Assembly: GCA_045658645.1 (NCBI GenBank)
Contig: JAZOVJ010000054.1
Coordinates: 7,805-71,804, forward strand
Direction: 5' to 3'
Source: Clostridia bacterium
GTDB taxonomy: Bacteria > Bacillota > Clostridia > UBA1381
Length of the DNA stretch: 64,000 nucleotides
Shown: positions 11,559 through 24,696 of the stretch, in pieces
Numbering within the stretch: position 1 is the stretch's first letter
How the letters are laid out: the number at the start of each line of letters is the position of its first letter
Translations under genes and position numbers: made by a program
The notes under the pieces: generated by a model
What the model saw: the letters and a program-made list of their open reading frames with translations, nothing else
Databases searched by the model: none
Told to the model about the DNA's origin: nothing

Positions 11559-12581
11559 ATGCTATACACATTTTTGTCACAAGTAGAAGAAACATCGGGC
11601 AGTATGTGGTATTTTATCTTGCCTATGGTAATTGCATTTTTGGTGACCGCTGTTTTAGGGCCTGTAGTAATACCTTGGCTTGCAAAACTCAAATTCGGTC
11701 AGCAAATTCTTGAAATCGGACCAAACTGGCACAAAAACAAGGCAGGCACACCTACAATGGGTGGAATTATGTTTATTGCAGGCGTGTTAGTATCTGTGCT
11801 GGCAGCACTTTTTGCAAAATTTGATATACGCCTTTTAATGATGCTTTTAATAGCAACAGGCTTTGGTGTAATCGGGTTTATAGATGATTATGTGAAGGTT
11901 GTAAAGAAACGAAATCTTGGACTTACGGCAAAACAGAAGTTCTTGCTTCAGGCAATTTTGTCGGTTATATACATTTTGGTTTTAAAGGAAACAGGAAACC
12001 TAAACACAGAAATTATCATTCCGTTTATGGCTAAAACTGTGGAGCTTCCTTGGATACTATACATAGTGTTCATTCTTTTTGTAGTAACTGGAACGGTAAA
12101 CGCCGTTAACTTAACAGACGGAATTGACGGGCTTGCAACAAGCATAACAGTGGTGGTAGCACTGTTTTTCGGTATTGCCGCTGCTATGTTTAAAAGCTCT
12201 GCAGAAACCATTTTTGCAATGGCACTTTTAGGCGGATGTCTTGGGTTTTTGATGTTTAATAAGCATCCTGCAAAGGTGTTTATGGGCGACACAGGCTCGC
12301 TGTTTTTGGGCGGTGCAATTTCGGTTGTAGCGGTAGGGCTTGGTATGCCGCTTATCCTTATAATCTGCGGATTTGTATATCTGTTTGAAACTCTGTCGGT
12401 TATTTTGCAGGTTGCATCCTTTAAATTGACAGGAAAACGTATATTTAAGATGTCACCTATACATCATCATTTTGAGATGTGTGGCTGGCGAGAGGTAAAG
12501 ATTGTATCGGTATTCACTTTAGTCACTCTTTTACTGTGCATCATTTCGGTATTGGCAATTATGCCTGCCGGTGGCTTTTAA
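11559..12581 (+). CDS. mraY: Phospho-N-acetylmuramoyl-pentapeptide transferase
   Basis: Polytopic membrane protein with NAVNLTDGIDGLA, MGDTGSLFLGG, and the HHHFE motif (SPIHHHFEM). Confidence 0.95.
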   Translation: MLYTFLSQVEETSGSMWYFILPMVIAFLVTAVLGPVVIPWLAKLKFGQQILEIGPNWHKNKAGTPTMGGIMFIAGVLVSVLAALFAKFDIRLLMMLLIATGFGVIGFIDDYVKVVKKRNLGLTAKQKFLLQAILSVIYILVLKETGNLNTEIIIPFMAKTVELPWILYIVFILFVVTGTVNAVNLTDGIDGLATSITVVVALFFGIAAAMFKSSAETIFAMALLGGCLGFLMFNKHPAKVFMGDTGSLFLGGAISVVAVGLGMPLILIICGFVYLFETLSVILQVASFKLTGKRIFKMSPIHHHFEMCGWREVKIVSVFTLVTLLLCIISVLAIMPAGGF

Positions 12582-12605
12582 GTGACCTTGAAAGGAAGAT
12601 AAAAG

Positions 12606-13907
12606 ATGGTAAGGGATTTTAACTCAGGAAATTCCACACAAAAGAGAAATACATCAGGGGTAAGGAGAACTACCACAAGTCAGAATGTTCGCAAGGTAAG
12701 TTCTGTACCGCCTGTTAAAAAAGCAGGAACTACAACACATCGTTCAGCAAAAAAAACGGTAAAGAAAAGAAAAACCGGATTTTTGGCAAACCTGCTTTAT
12801 TCCGACAGAACTCCGGGCGAAATGGACTACACCTTCCTGCTTTTAGTTGGCGTTTTGGTGGTGTTTGGTCTTATTATGCTGCTTTCAGCATCAACTCCTA
12901 CTGCCAATGTAAAGTTCGGCAAAAGCTATTATTTTTTTCTGCGTCAGTTCTTTTTTGTAATACTTGGTGCGGCTGCTATGTTCAGCCTTGCTCATATTGA
13001 TTACAGGAATTTAAAACCTTATGCAAGAATTTTTATGCTTATATGCATCGGTCTTCTGGTGCTTGTATTTATTCCGGGCATCGGCGTTTCCCATAATGGC
13101 TCACGCCGTTGGATAAACCTTGGTTTTATGGAACTTCAACCATCGGAAATTATGAAGGTTTCCATCGCTATGTTTTTTGCGGCACTGATTGAAGATAAAA
13201 AATATGACATAAGAACAAATAAGGGTCTTGGTCAATATCTTGTCTGGGTTGGTGTTGTTGCAGCGCTGTTGCTTGCAGAAACACACTTAAGCGGTACTAT
13301 AGTTATTTGCGGTATTGCTCTTTTGGTGCTTTTGATAGGCGGCGCAAATATGGGACTGATAATAGGCGGAGGAGCTGCGGCGTGCGGTGCGCTTATAGGA
13401 CTTGTTGCGGCAATAAACCCTACCCGAATGGCGAGAATTACGAGCTTTTTGAACCCGTTTACCGATATGCAGGGAACAGGATACCAGACGGCACAGGCAG
13501 TTTATGCTATTGGGTCGGGAGGTATCTTTGGAAAAGGTCTTGGAGAAAGCGTTCAGAAATTTTCATATCTTCCGGAACCGTACAATGATTTTATTTTTGC
13601 GGTTATCTGCGAAGAACTTGGACTAATAGGTGCTATTGTAATCATAGGAATGTTTATCGGCCTGATAATCCGTGGCATAAAAATAGCAACAGAAGCACAG
13701 GACGTGTTTGGCGCGTTGACAGTTGTGGGAATAATGGGACAGATTGCAATCCAGACCATTCTTAATATTGGCGTGGCGACAGCGTCTATCCCGAATACAG
13801 GAGTGTCCCTGCCGTTCTTCAGCTACGGCGGTACGGCGATTATGATACTTCTTGCGGAAATGGGAATAGTTTTGAGCGTTTCCAGATATTCTTCGGAAAA
13901 TAAATAA
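12606..13907 (+). CDS. ftsW: SEDS-family peptidoglycan polymerase FtsW/SpoVE, with a ~75-aa basic N-terminal extension
   Basis: ESVQKFSYLPEPYNDFIFAVICEELG and NTGVSLPFFSYGGT motifs. The N-terminus is rich in K, R, T and S and is predicted to be disordered. Confidence 0.9.
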   Translation: MVRDFNSGNSTQKRNTSGVRRTTTSQNVRKVSSVPPVKKAGTTTHRSAKKTVKKRKTGFLANLLYSDRTPGEMDYTFLLLVGVLVVFGLIMLLSASTPTANVKFGKSYYFFLRQFFFVILGAAAMFSLAHIDYRNLKPYARIFMLICIGLLVLVFIPGIGVSHNGSRRWINLGFMELQPSEIMKVSIAMFFAALIEDKKYDIRTNKGLGQYLVWVGVVAALLLAETHLSGTIVICGIALLVLLIGGANMGLIIGGGAAACGALIGLVAAINPTRMARITSFLNPFTDMQGTGYQTAQAVYAIGSGGIFGKGLGESVQKFSYLPEPYNDFIFAVICEELGLIGAIVIIGMFIGLIIRGIKIATEAQDVFGALTVVGIMGQIAIQTILNIGVATASIPNTGVSLPFFSYGGTAIMILLAEMGIVLSVSRYSSENK

Positions 13908-13922
13908 AAGGACAGGTAGTTT

Positions 13923-15029
13923 ATGAGAGTTTTGTTTGCAGGCGGAGGCACTGCGGGGCATATTAACCCTGCCATTTCCATAGCCGATTATATCAAGACA
14001 AAAGAGGACAATTTTGAGGCACTTTTCATTGGTACTGAAAGAGGCCTTGAGAAAAAGCTTGTTCCGGCATCGGGATACAAAATCAAGTATATTGACATAC
14101 GTGGATTTGACAGAAAAAATCTGTTGAAAAATGTTTCCGTGATAATGAAGCTTATAAAATCAAGGCTTGATTGCCAGAAGATTATCAGGGAATTCAAGCC
14201 GGATTTTGTGGTATTAACAGGCGGATACGTGTCAGGCCCCGTTGCTATGGCGGCGAAAAAAGCAGGTGTTCCGGCTTTGATTCACGAACAGAACGTCTAT
14301 CCGGGGCTTACAGTAAAAGGCGCTGAAAAGTACGTAAACTACGTGGCTTTGAGCTTTAGCGAAAGCGTCGAGCAGATGAAAGACCCGAAAAAGTGTGTTG
14401 TTACAGGGAACCCTGTAAGGTGCGAAATCTTAAATGCGGACAAGGAAACAGCACGGGCAGAACTTGGACTTGGTGACAAACCGTTTGTTCTTGTTTTCGG
14501 CGGAAGTCTTGGTGCTAAAAAGATAAACGAAACGATGATTGGCGTTTTGAAAAAGGCATCTAAGGAGCGAGCATTCAATATTCTTTTCGCAACAGGCGAC
14601 AGAAATTATCAGGAGGTAATGGCGGCGCTTAATGAGTCTAAAGTTACTCTTGATGATGAGATAAAGGTAGTACCGTATATAAACAATATGAGTACCGTTA
14701 TGGCGGCCAGTGACCTTGTGGTTTCAAGAGCGGGAGCCATAACAGTTTCTGAAATTGCGGCACTTTCCAAGCCATCAATCCTTATTCCGTCACCCAATGT
14801 GGTAAGAAACCATCAGGAACAGAACGCAAGGGAATTTGAACGAAATGAAGCTGCGGTTGTTATTGTGGAAAGTGAGCTTTCCGATGACGCTTTATATGAG
14901 AAAATAATCCGGCTTACAGGCGATAAAGCCGAGCTTTTAAAAATGAGTAAAAACGTGAAAAAGCTTGCAAAATGCGATGCTTTGGAAGAAATATATAAGC
15001 TTATAAAGAAAACTGATGCACTAAAATAG
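13923..15029 (+). CDS. murG: UDP-GlcNAc:lipid I GlcNAc transferase
   Basis: AGGGTAGHINPA N-terminal motif and GT28 architecture. It is the last gene of the dcw block. Confidence 0.95.
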   Translation: MRVLFAGGGTAGHINPAISIADYIKTKEDNFEALFIGTERGLEKKLVPASGYKIKYIDIRGFDRKNLLKNVSVIMKLIKSRLDCQKIIREFKPDFVVLTGGYVSGPVAMAAKKAGVPALIHEQNVYPGLTVKGAEKYVNYVALSFSESVEQMKDPKKCVVTGNPVRCEILNADKETARAELGLGDKPFVLVFGGSLGAKKINETMIGVLKKASKERAFNILFATGDRNYQEVMAALNESKVTLDDEIKVVPYINNMSTVMAASDLVVSRAGAITVSEIAALSKPSILIPSPNVVRNHQEQNAREFERNEAAVVIVESELSDDALYEKIIRLTGDKAELLKMSKNVKKLAKCDALEEIYKLIKKTDALK

Positions 15030-15050
15030 GTTTTAGTGCATCTTTTTTTT
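15015..15050 (+). terminator. Rho-independent terminator of the dcw operon
   Basis: GATGCACTAAAA-TAGG-TTTTAGTGCATC followed by T8. The murG stop codon sits in the loop. Confidence 0.85.
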
Positions 15051-15148
15051 GAAAAAACCGCACTTTTTCTCGATAAAATATAGACTTTTCGGAAAAAATG
15101 TAGTAATATATAATTTGGAGTATTATAAATTAAGAAAGGAAAGCTTTA

Positions 15149-15490
15149 ATGGAAAGATTAAAGGTAATAGTGAAAGCTCTGGACGATAAGCGTGCAGAGA
15201 GCATTGATGTATTAAATATTTCAGAACTTACATCTTTGGGTGACTATTTCGTTATCTGTACCTGTAACTCAAACGTTCAGGTAAGAGCGGCGGCAGACGA
15301 AGTGGAAGTTAAGATGAAAGAGGCAGGCTTTGAAGCTCTTCATACCGAGGGTTATCGTGGCGGAAGCTGGATTCTTCTTGACTTTGCGGATATAATTGTT
15401 CACGTGATGGACAGAGAAACAAGAGATTTTTATTCATTGGAACGTTTATGGGATGATGCTCAGCGTATCGATGTAGATATAGATGATTAA
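15149..15490 (+). CDS. rsfS: Ribosomal silencing factor RsfS (iojap family)
   Basis: 113 aa. The [23 protein letters not shown]...[14 protein letters not shown] pattern is typical of RsfS. Confidence 0.85.
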   Translation: MERLKVIVKALDDKRAESIDVLNISELTSLGDYFVICTCNSNVQVRAAADEVEVKMKEAGFEALHTEGYRGGSWILLDFADIIVHVMDRETRDFYSLERLWDDAQRIDVDIDD

Positions 15491-15504
15491 GGGGGTATAA
15501 ACCT

Positions 15505-17916
<2,412 letters not shown>

Positions 17917-17917
17917 T

Positions 17918-17950
17918 AAAAAAGTACGAACTTTTGTTCGTACTTTTTTT
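17918..17950. terminator. Bidirectional terminator between leuS and the convergent lipoprotein gene
   Basis: AAAAAAGTACGAAC-TTTT-GTTCGTACTTTTTT, a perfect stem flanked by A- and T-runs. Confidence 0.85.
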
Positions 17951-18338
17951 ATCTTGGTTCCTTGCTGTATTGCAGAATTTCACCGGTTTTTGCATCTATT
18001 TCGTAGTCATATTCCAAGCTGCCGTAATCAAACTCAATTTCATAAACCTGTCGCCCATCTTCCCAATCCAGCTTGGACTGAAAACGCTGTGCATTTTCTT
18101 CGCTTACGCCGGCGTGGGTTAAAGCTATTTTCTTTGCCGACTCTTTGGTTATTATGGCATTTTCGACAGGCTTTTCGGTTGCAACCTGACCTGAAACTGT
18201 GGTATCAGGGGTAGACTGAGGAACGGTAGTACTGTTTTCGGTCTCTGAATTACTGCAGCCTGTGATAAATAGGGTTGCTATCAAAAGACATAGTATAACA
18301 AGGCTGATTCCAAATAAAGTTTTTGCACTTTTGTTCAT
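17949..18338 (-). CDS. PepSY-domain lipoprotein
   Basis: Start taken at MNKSAKTLF (AGGAGGTG RBS upstream). Lipobox LFITGC. The C-terminal half (ITKESAKKIALTHAGV...YEIEFDYGSLEYDYEIDAKTGEIL) matches the PepSY fold pattern. Confidence 0.75.
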   Translation of the reverse strand: MNKSAKTLFGISLVILCLLIATLFITGCSNSETENSTTVPQSTPDTTVSGQVATEKPVENAIITKESAKKIALTHAGVSEENAQRFQSKLDWEDGRQVYEIEFDYGSLEYDYEIDAKTGEILQYSKEPR

Positions 18339-18398
18339 ATAAAAACACCTCCTGTGTGTTGTTTTATATAGTATAGGCAAAAAATAAATCTTTTAAAC

Positions 18399-18430
18399 AA
18401 AAAAATCCGCAAGACATTTGCCTTGCGGAT
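18399..18430 (-). terminator. Rho-independent terminator of the glg operon
   Basis: On the minus strand, ATCCGCAAG-GCAAATGT-CTTGCGGAT followed by T-run. It lies 8 nt beyond the glgD stop. Confidence 0.8.
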
Positions 18431-18437
18431 TAAAATT

Positions 18438-19559
18438 TTAAATTACGGTTCCTTTTGCAACGGGAACAGGGTAGCTGTCCTGACCGATAATTTGTTTTCC
18501 GGCCAAAACCTGAACATCCTTGTCAAGAACAACATATTCAAGAGTGGAATCTTCATTGACAACTGTGCTCTGCATCAGAACGCAGTTCTTTACAACAGCA
18601 CCCTTCTTAACAACTACATTTCCTGACAAAACACTGTTGATAACTGTTCCGTCAATAGTACATCCGTCTGCTATATAAGAGTTTACAACATTAGCACTGC
18701 TTCCGTATTTTGTTGGCGGAAGGTCGCGGTTTTTGGTGTAGACAGGAAGCTTCGGATTTTTAAGCATTTCGTCCTGAACTTCTTTTTCAAGGAATTTCAT
18801 ATTATTGTTGTAGTATGCTTTCATACTGTCAACCTTGTCAACATAACCGTCATGCTCATATCCGAAAATTCGAAGACCGCCCATTTTCTGAGCAATAGCG
18901 TCCTTGATGAAGTCGTGGTTGCCGCGTGCCGAACATTCGTCCAAAATGCTTTCCAGTAAGGCTCTTTCCATTACAAAAACGTCAATTCCTGCATTAGTTG
19001 TCTTTGGATAGTATGGGCAAACTTCAATATCGGTGATTGCACCGTCTTTATCAATGTCCAAAAGTGTATAGCGTGAAAGTTCCTTTTCTTCAACACCATT
19101 TAGGTTCTTGTAAATAACAGTAACGTCTGCGTTATTTTCCTTATGGCTTTTTAAAACCTTTTCAAAGTCGATGTTATAAACGCAGTTGCCAAGAGAAAGG
19201 ATAACGTATGTTTCGCGGCTCTTTCTGATGTATTGGCGGATTCCGTTTAAGATGTCAAGGTCGCCTCTGATGATTTCAGCAGCGTTTTTGTTGCCGATGT
19301 TTGGAGGTAAAATGTGAAGACCATCGTCCTTCATATGCAAATCCCAAGGAGCGCCGCTTCTTAAGTGGTCCATAAGTGAAGAATAGTTAGCCTCGGTTGC
19401 AACGCCTATACGGCGAAGACCTGCCGTTGCCATATTGGAAAGGATAAAGTCGATAATTCTGAATCCGCCTGCCATTGGAAGCGCAGATGCACTTCTCACA
19501 TCTGTAAACGGCGGAATATTTATATTACTGGCAATTATAATGCCCATTGTATCTCTCAT
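18438..19559 (-). CDS. glgD: Glucose-1-phosphate adenylyltransferase, GlgD (regulatory/non-catalytic) subunit
   Basis: Nucleotidyl-transferase plus left-handed beta-helix architecture. It lacks the GGxGxRL catalytic motif and lies directly downstream of glgC, as in Firmicutes. Confidence 0.85.
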   Translation of the reverse strand: MRDTMGIIIASNINIPPFTDVRSASALPMAGGFRIIDFILSNMATAGLRRIGVATEANYSSLMDHLRSGAPWDLHMKDDGLHILPPNIGNKNAAEIIRGDLDILNGIRQYIRKSRETYVILSLGNCVYNIDFEKVLKSHKENNADVTVIYKNLNGVEEKELSRYTLLDIDKDGAITDIEVCPYYPKTTNAGIDVFVMERALLESILDECSARGNHDFIKDAIAQKMGGLRIFGYEHDGYVDKVDSMKAYYNNNMKFLEKEVQDEMLKNPKLPVYTKNRDLPPTKYGSSANVVNSYIADGCTIDGTVINSVLSGNVVVKKGAVVKNCVLMQSTVVNEDSTLEYVVLDKDVQVLAGKQIIGQDSYPVPVAKGTVI

Positions 19560-19574
19560 TTTTTATGCCCCCTT

Positions 19575-20783
19575 TTAGTTTGCTTCAATCATTGAGCATT
19601 TTGGAATATCGGCACCGGGTAAAACATCAGCGCCGCCTTCGATAAGCACAAGCCCGTCTGTGCACATAGAAGAAATAAACTCGCTGTTTTCATCGGTGGT
19701 TTCGCCGATAACAGCGCCGTCTTCTATAATTGCGCCCTGACCGATAACCGCCTTTGTAATCTTGACATTGTTACCAATCTTAACGTCAGGCATAATTACG
19801 GAATCTGAAATTTCTGAGCCTTCTCCCACAGAAACGCCGGAGAAGATAACGGAATGTGAAATTTTGCCGTAAACACTGCAGCCTTGTGCAACTGAACTAT
19901 CAATAATCTTAGCATTATCTCCTACGTATTGCGGGGCAAGAGCGTTATTTCTTGAATAAATGCTCCACGTATCATCGTATATATCGAATTTAGGCGGATT
20001 TTCAATAAGGTCCATATTTGCTTCCCACAAACTCTGAACTGTACCAACGTCTTTCCAGTACCCCTCGAAGCGATAGCTGACCATCTTTTCGTTATTCTTA
20101 AGCATTGTAGGAATAATGTTTTTACCAAAGTCGTTAGCTGATTCAGGGTCACGCTCGTCATCCATAAGATACTTTTTAAGGATTTGGTAATCGAAGATAT
20201 AGATACCCATTGAGGCAAGGTTGCTCTTTGGATTTTTCGGCTTTTCCTCAAATTCTGTAATAAACCCGTTTTCGTCAACGTTCATTATGCCGAATCGTGG
20301 AGCTTCTTCCCAAGGAACAGGCATAACTGCAATGGTAATTGCGGCACCTGATTCTTTGTGGGTTTTAAGCATTTCGCCATAGTGCATCTTATAGATATGG
20401 TCACCGGACAGGATAAGTACATTGTTTGGAGAAAATCTGTCCAAAAATCCCAGATTTTGATATATAGCGTTTGCAGTACCCTTGTACCATTCGCCTGCAG
20501 CGGCACTCTGATATGGTGGCAAAACGTATACGCCGCCTCGGTTTCTGTCAAGTTCCCAAGGGCTGCCGTTTCCTATATATGTGTTAAGCTCAAGCGGTTG
20601 ATACTGGGTCAATACACCAACGGTATCAATTCCTGAATGAACACAGTTAGACAGAGGAAAATCTATGATTTTATATTTTCCTCCAAATGGTACAGCCGGC
20701 TTGGCCACGTTTTTGGTAAGTGCGCCCAGTCTGCTGCCCTGACCGCCTGCCAAAATCATTGCTACACAATCTTTTGCATTCAT
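19575..20783 (-). CDS. glgC: Glucose-1-phosphate adenylyltransferase
   Basis: [14 protein letters not shown] motif, [15 protein letters not shown], and a C-terminal hexapeptide-repeat domain. Confidence 0.95.
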   Translation of the reverse strand: MNAKDCVAMILAGGQGSRLGALTKNVAKPAVPFGGKYKIIDFPLSNCVHSGIDTVGVLTQYQPLELNTYIGNGSPWELDRNRGGVYVLPPYQSAAAGEWYKGTANAIYQNLGFLDRFSPNNVLILSGDHIYKMHYGEMLKTHKESGAAITIAVMPVPWEEAPRFGIMNVDENGFITEFEEKPKNPKSNLASMGIYIFDYQILKKYLMDDERDPESANDFGKNIIPTMLKNNEKMVSYRFEGYWKDVGTVQSLWEANMDLIENPPKFDIYDDTWSIYSRNNALAPQYVGDNAKIIDSSVAQGCSVYGKISHSVIFSGVSVGEGSEISDSVIMPDVKIGNNVKITKAVIGQGAIIEDGAVIGETTDENSEFISSMCTDGLVLIEGGADVLPGADIPKCSMIEAN

Positions 20784-22693
20784 TTAATATCTTCCTTTCC
20801 AACTTTTTTTAAATAGATAACAGACAAACCTTTCACATTCACGCTGATTTGATAAGGCAAACCCTGTGTATCTTTATTCTTTTTGGTTTTATATTTTTTA
20901 GAGCGGGAAATTGAAGCCCCGCCAAAACGTTTCCAGTCGGAATTTATAATAACCTCATAATCTCCTGCTTCAGGAACGCAAATAATATAGTTTTCGCGGT
21001 CAACAGGAGTGAAGTTTGCCACAACCACCACGTTTTCGCCGTCTTTTGCCGAACGATAGAACGAAATAACCGAGTTATCTCTGTCCTGTTCGTTTATCCA
21101 GTGGAATCCGCTCCAGTCACGTTCTATTTCCCACAAAGCCTTGTTTTCAAGATAGAAATGGTTGATTTCTTTTACATAATCCTGAAGCTTTTTGTGTTTT
21201 TCGATGCCTAACAGATGCCACTCAAGTCCTTCGTCATATCGCCATTCGATAAATTGCCCGATTTCACCGCCCATAAACAGCATCTTTTTTCCGGGAAGCG
21301 TCAGGTAATATCCCAAAAGCGCACGGTATCCGGAGAATTTTTCCTCATAAGTTCCATACATTTTGTCTATAAGCGACTTCTTGCCGTGTACCACTTCGTC
21401 ATGGGACAGCGGAAGAATAAAATTCTCGGAATATGCATAAAGCATCAAAAAGGTTAAAAGGTCGTGGTTGAATTTTCTGAAATACGGGTCCATTGATGTG
21501 TACCTTAAGGTATCGTTCATCCAGCCCATATTCCATTTGTAGTTAAATCCAAGACCACCGTTTTCAACGGCACCCGTAACCATACTCCAAGCAGTAGATT
21601 CTTCTGCAATCATAAGGATATTCGGGAATTTTGCAAACATTATCTTGTTTAAGTTCTGCAAAAATTCGATAGCTTCAAGATTGTGGTTTCCGCCGTAAAT
21701 ATTAGGCACCCATTCGCCGTTTTGACGGCTGTAATCGCGGTAGAGCATTGAAGATACGGCGTCTACACGAAGCCCGTCAAAGTGGTATTCATTCACCCAG
21801 AAAAATGCGGATGACAAAAGGAAAGAAACAACTTCGCTTTTTGAATAGTCAAAAACCATAGTTCCCCAGTCTTTGTGTTCGCCGAGTCGGGTGTCTGCAT
21901 ATTCGTATGTTGGTGTTCCGTCAAAGTGGAAAAGTCCATGTGCATCTCGCGGGAAGTGGGCAGGAACCCAGTCCATAATAACGCCGATGCCGTTTTCGTG
22001 GCACTTATCCACAAGATACATAAGGTCTGAAGGCGTTCCAAAACGGGAGGTTGCTGCAAAATATCCTGTAACCTGATATCCCCATGACCCGTCAAACGGA
22101 AATTCTGTTAATGGCATAAACTCGATGTGAGTATAGCCCATTTCAAGAATATAAGGAATCAGCTCGTCTGCAAGCTCACGATATGTGTAAAGACTGCCGT
22201 CTTTGTGGGTTTTCCACGATGCCACATGCATTTCGTAAATATTCATAGGCTTGTCATATATAGGGGTAGATTCCCTCTTTTTAAGCCACTCTGAATCGTG
22301 CCATTTAAATTTCGGAAGTTCTATCGCAACGGACGCAGTTTCCGGTCTTAGTTGGCACATAATTGATACGGGGTCAGCCTTTAAAACTGTATTTCCCTGT
22401 GTGTCGGTAACAGCGTATTTGTAGAGAGTGCCATCTTCAATACTGTCAAAAAATCCGCACCATACGCCGGTTGAGCCCATTCTGGTAAGAGGCATATCAT
22501 CCCCCGACCAACCGTTTTTGTCGCACGCTAAAGATACATGTGCGGCATTTGGAGCCCATACTGCAAATCGCCACCCTTTATCTATTTTATGAGGCCCAAG
22601 CATCTCGTATGCTTTAAAATTTGTGCCCTCGTTATATAAATAAAGTTGAAATTCACTTATACCATACCATTCCTTCGGTGAATCTGACTTCAT
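20780..22693 (-). CDS. glgB: 1,4-alpha-glucan branching enzyme (GH13)
   Basis: GH13 motifs [23 protein letters not shown] and LSHDEV. The start is taken at [11 protein letters not shown] (AGGAGG RBS). It overlaps glgC by 4 nt. Confidence 0.95.
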   Translation of the reverse strand: MKSDSPKEWYGISEFQLYLYNEGTNFKAYEMLGPHKIDKGWRFAVWAPNAAHVSLACDKNGWSGDDMPLTRMGSTGVWCGFFDSIEDGTLYKYAVTDTQGNTVLKADPVSIMCQLRPETASVAIELPKFKWHDSEWLKKRESTPIYDKPMNIYEMHVASWKTHKDGSLYTYRELADELIPYILEMGYTHIEFMPLTEFPFDGSWGYQVTGYFAATSRFGTPSDLMYLVDKCHENGIGVIMDWVPAHFPRDAHGLFHFDGTPTYEYADTRLGEHKDWGTMVFDYSKSEVVSFLLSSAFFWVNEYHFDGLRVDAVSSMLYRDYSRQNGEWVPNIYGGNHNLEAIEFLQNLNKIMFAKFPNILMIAEESTAWSMVTGAVENGGLGFNYKWNMGWMNDTLRYTSMDPYFRKFNHDLLTFLMLYAYSENFILPLSHDEVVHGKKSLIDKMYGTYEEKFSGYRALLGYYLTLPGKKMLFMGGEIGQFIEWRYDEGLEWHLLGIEKHKKLQDYVKEINHFYLENKALWEIERDWSGFHWINEQDRDNSVISFYRSAKDGENVVVVANFTPVDRENYIICVPEAGDYEVIINSDWKRFGGASISRSKKYKTKKNKDTQGLPYQISVNVKGLSVIYLKKVGKEDIK

Positions 22694-22730
22694 GTTGTCG
22701 CCTCCTGTTAGTAGATTAGTCCTTACTGTA

Positions 22731-22759
22731 ATTATATCACACATATTTTAGGCAGTAAA
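22731..22759 (-). promoter_or_regulatory. Candidate extended -10 promoter for glgB
   Basis: On the minus strand, TTTACT, a 17-nt spacer, then TGaTATAAT, about 40 nt upstream of the glgB ATG. Confidence 0.4.
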
Positions 22760-22886
22760 GACTAATAAAGTACATTTTGTAAAGAAAATTTTGTGCAAAA
22801 TGACATAAAAAGACCAAAAACCAACATATTTTACAGTATAACCAAAAAAAATCAATTTATTATAGGTAGAGATTTTTAATAATCAC

Positions 22887-22915
22887 TTGACAGAAAGAGG
22901 AAAATACGATAAAAT
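22887..22915 (+). promoter_or_regulatory. SigmaA-type promoter upstream of rny
   Basis: TTGACA (22887-22892), a 17-nt spacer, then TAAAAT (22910-22915). Confidence 0.55.
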
Positions 22916-23060
22916 ATTTATGTGCTTGTTATTTCTTTAAACTATTTTTTGGGAATGTTGAATTTTTCCTAATAGTTTACGAAAAACAATTTTATATAAA
23001 TGTTTTGAATAAAGTTTATTAGATGTATTCAGCATCCCCGATTTATATTAAAAATTTGAG

Positions 23061-24632
23061 ATGGGGGTGGACGAGATAGACACAATAAAATTAGTACTTA
23101 TCGTTGTGGCGGCAGTATTTGCATTACTCAATATTGCATCTTTCTTTATAGGAATTGCATACAGAAAAAAGATTGCTGAAGCTGAAATTGGCTCTGCGGA
23201 AGAAAAGGCAAAGAGTATTTTAGAAGAAGCAAGAAAGAATGCAAAAGCCAAGGCGAGAGAAGTAATGCTTGAAGCAAAGGAAGAAAATCATAAGCTAAGA
23301 GCAGCGCTTGATGCCGAAATGAAGGATCGCCGCCGCGAGATATCAAATCAAGAAAACAGAATTAACCAAAAAGAAGAAAATCTTGAAAGAAAAAATGAAG
23401 CTCTTGAGAAAAAAGAACAAACCTTGAATCAGAAGATTAAGGAAAATGAAGAAAAGAGCATAGAACTTGCAAAGCTTAAAGAACAGCAGATGGAGGCATT
23501 GGAGAAGATTTCCGGAATGTCACAGGCTGAAGCAAAAGCTATACTCATTCGTGATATTGAACAGGAAGCACGTCACGAAGCGGCAATTATGGTTAAAGAA
23601 ATTGAGCAGGAAGCAAAAGACACAGCAGAAAAGAAAGCAAAGAACATTGTAGCGACATCCATTCAGAAGATAGCAGCAGATCACGTTTCAGAAACTACAG
23701 TTTCTGTTGTAGCATTGCCTTCTGATGAAATGAAGGGTAGAATTATTGGCCGTGAAGGTCGAAATATCCGTACAATCGAAACTATGACAGGTGTTGACCT
23801 TATCATTGACGATACTCCGGAAGCGGTTATCCTTTCAAGCTTTGACCCTGTAAGACGTGAAGTTGCCCGTCTTGCACTTGAAAAGCTTATTGTTGATGGA
23901 CGAATTCATCCGGCACGTATTGAAGAAATTGTTGAAAAGTCTAAAAAAGAAGTTGAGCAGACAATTAAGCAGGAAGGTGAAGCTGCGACCTTTGAAACAG
24001 GTGTTCACGGCTTGCATCCTGAACTTATTAAACTTCTTGGCCGCTTAAAATACAGAACCAGCTACGGTCAGAATGTACTTCGCCACTCAATCGAAGTTGC
24101 GCACTTGGCAGGAGTTATGGCAGGTGAGCTTGGCGTTGATGTTGCACTTGCAAAGCGTGCAGGTTTACTTCACGATATCGGTAAGGCTGTAGACCACGAA
24201 ATCGAAGGTTCACACGTTACAATCGGTGCGGATATCACTAAAAAGTACAAGGAAAACAATGATGTTATTCACGCAATTATGGCGCATCACGGTGACGTTG
24301 ATGCACAGACAATAGTTGCACAGCTTGTCCAGGCAGCAGACGCGATTTCCGCTGCAAGACCAGGTGCAAGACGCGAAAACATCGAAACATATATCAAACG
24401 TCTTGAAAAGCTTGAAGAGATTGCAAACGGCTTTAATGGCGTTGAAAAATCATTTGCAATTCAGGCAGGCCGTGAAGTAAGAATTATGGTTAAGCCGGAG
24501 GTTGTAAACGATGAAGGTATGATTTTGGTTGCAAAGGATATTGTTAAGAAGATTGAATCTGAACTTGAATATCCGGGACAAATTAAGATTAGCTTAATCA
24601 GAGAAACCAGAGCAGTTGATTTTGCAAAATAA
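23061..24632 (+). CDS. rny: Ribonuclease Y
   Basis: N-terminal TM helix, a long K/E-rich coiled coil, a KH domain ([12 protein letters not shown]), and an HD domain (GLLHDIGKA). Confidence 0.95.
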   Translation: MGVDEIDTIKLVLIVVAAVFALLNIASFFIGIAYRKKIAEAEIGSAEEKAKSILEEARKNAKAKAREVMLEAKEENHKLRAALDAEMKDRRREISNQENRINQKEENLERKNEALEKKEQTLNQKIKENEEKSIELAKLKEQQMEALEKISGMSQAEAKAILIRDIEQEARHEAAIMVKEIEQEAKDTAEKKAKNIVATSIQKIAADHVSETTVSVVALPSDEMKGRIIGREGRNIRTIETMTGVDLIIDDTPEAVILSSFDPVRREVARLALEKLIVDGRIHPARIEEIVEKSKKEVEQTIKQEGEAATFETGVHGLHPELIKLLGRLKYRTSYGQNVLRHSIEVAHLAGVMAGELGVDVALAKRAGLLHDIGKAVDHEIEGSHVTIGADITKKYKENNDVIHAIMAHHGDVDAQTIVAQLVQAADAISAARPGARRENIETYIKRLEKLEEIANGFNGVEKSFAIQAGREVRIMVKPEVVNDEGMILVAKDIVKKIESELEYPGQIKISLIRETRAVDFAK

Positions 24633-24640
24633 TATTTATG

Positions 24641-24675
24641 AAAAAAACGGTTATCTTTTATGGTAACCGTTTTTG
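24641..24675 (+). terminator. Weak terminator/attenuator hairpin between rny and ymdB
   Basis: ACGGTTA-N10-TAACCGT followed by TTTT. The stem is short. Confidence 0.45.
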
Positions 24676-24696
24676 AACTTAGAAAGAGGTCTTTAT

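Noticed and set aside
15030-15148. A T-box leader upstream of rsfS-leuS, and similarly at 26517-26589 upstream of asnA.
   Set aside because: These regions are only ~120 nt and ~70 nt long. Neither has a T-box sequence (AANNNGGGTGGTACCGCG-like) or a specifier-loop architecture.
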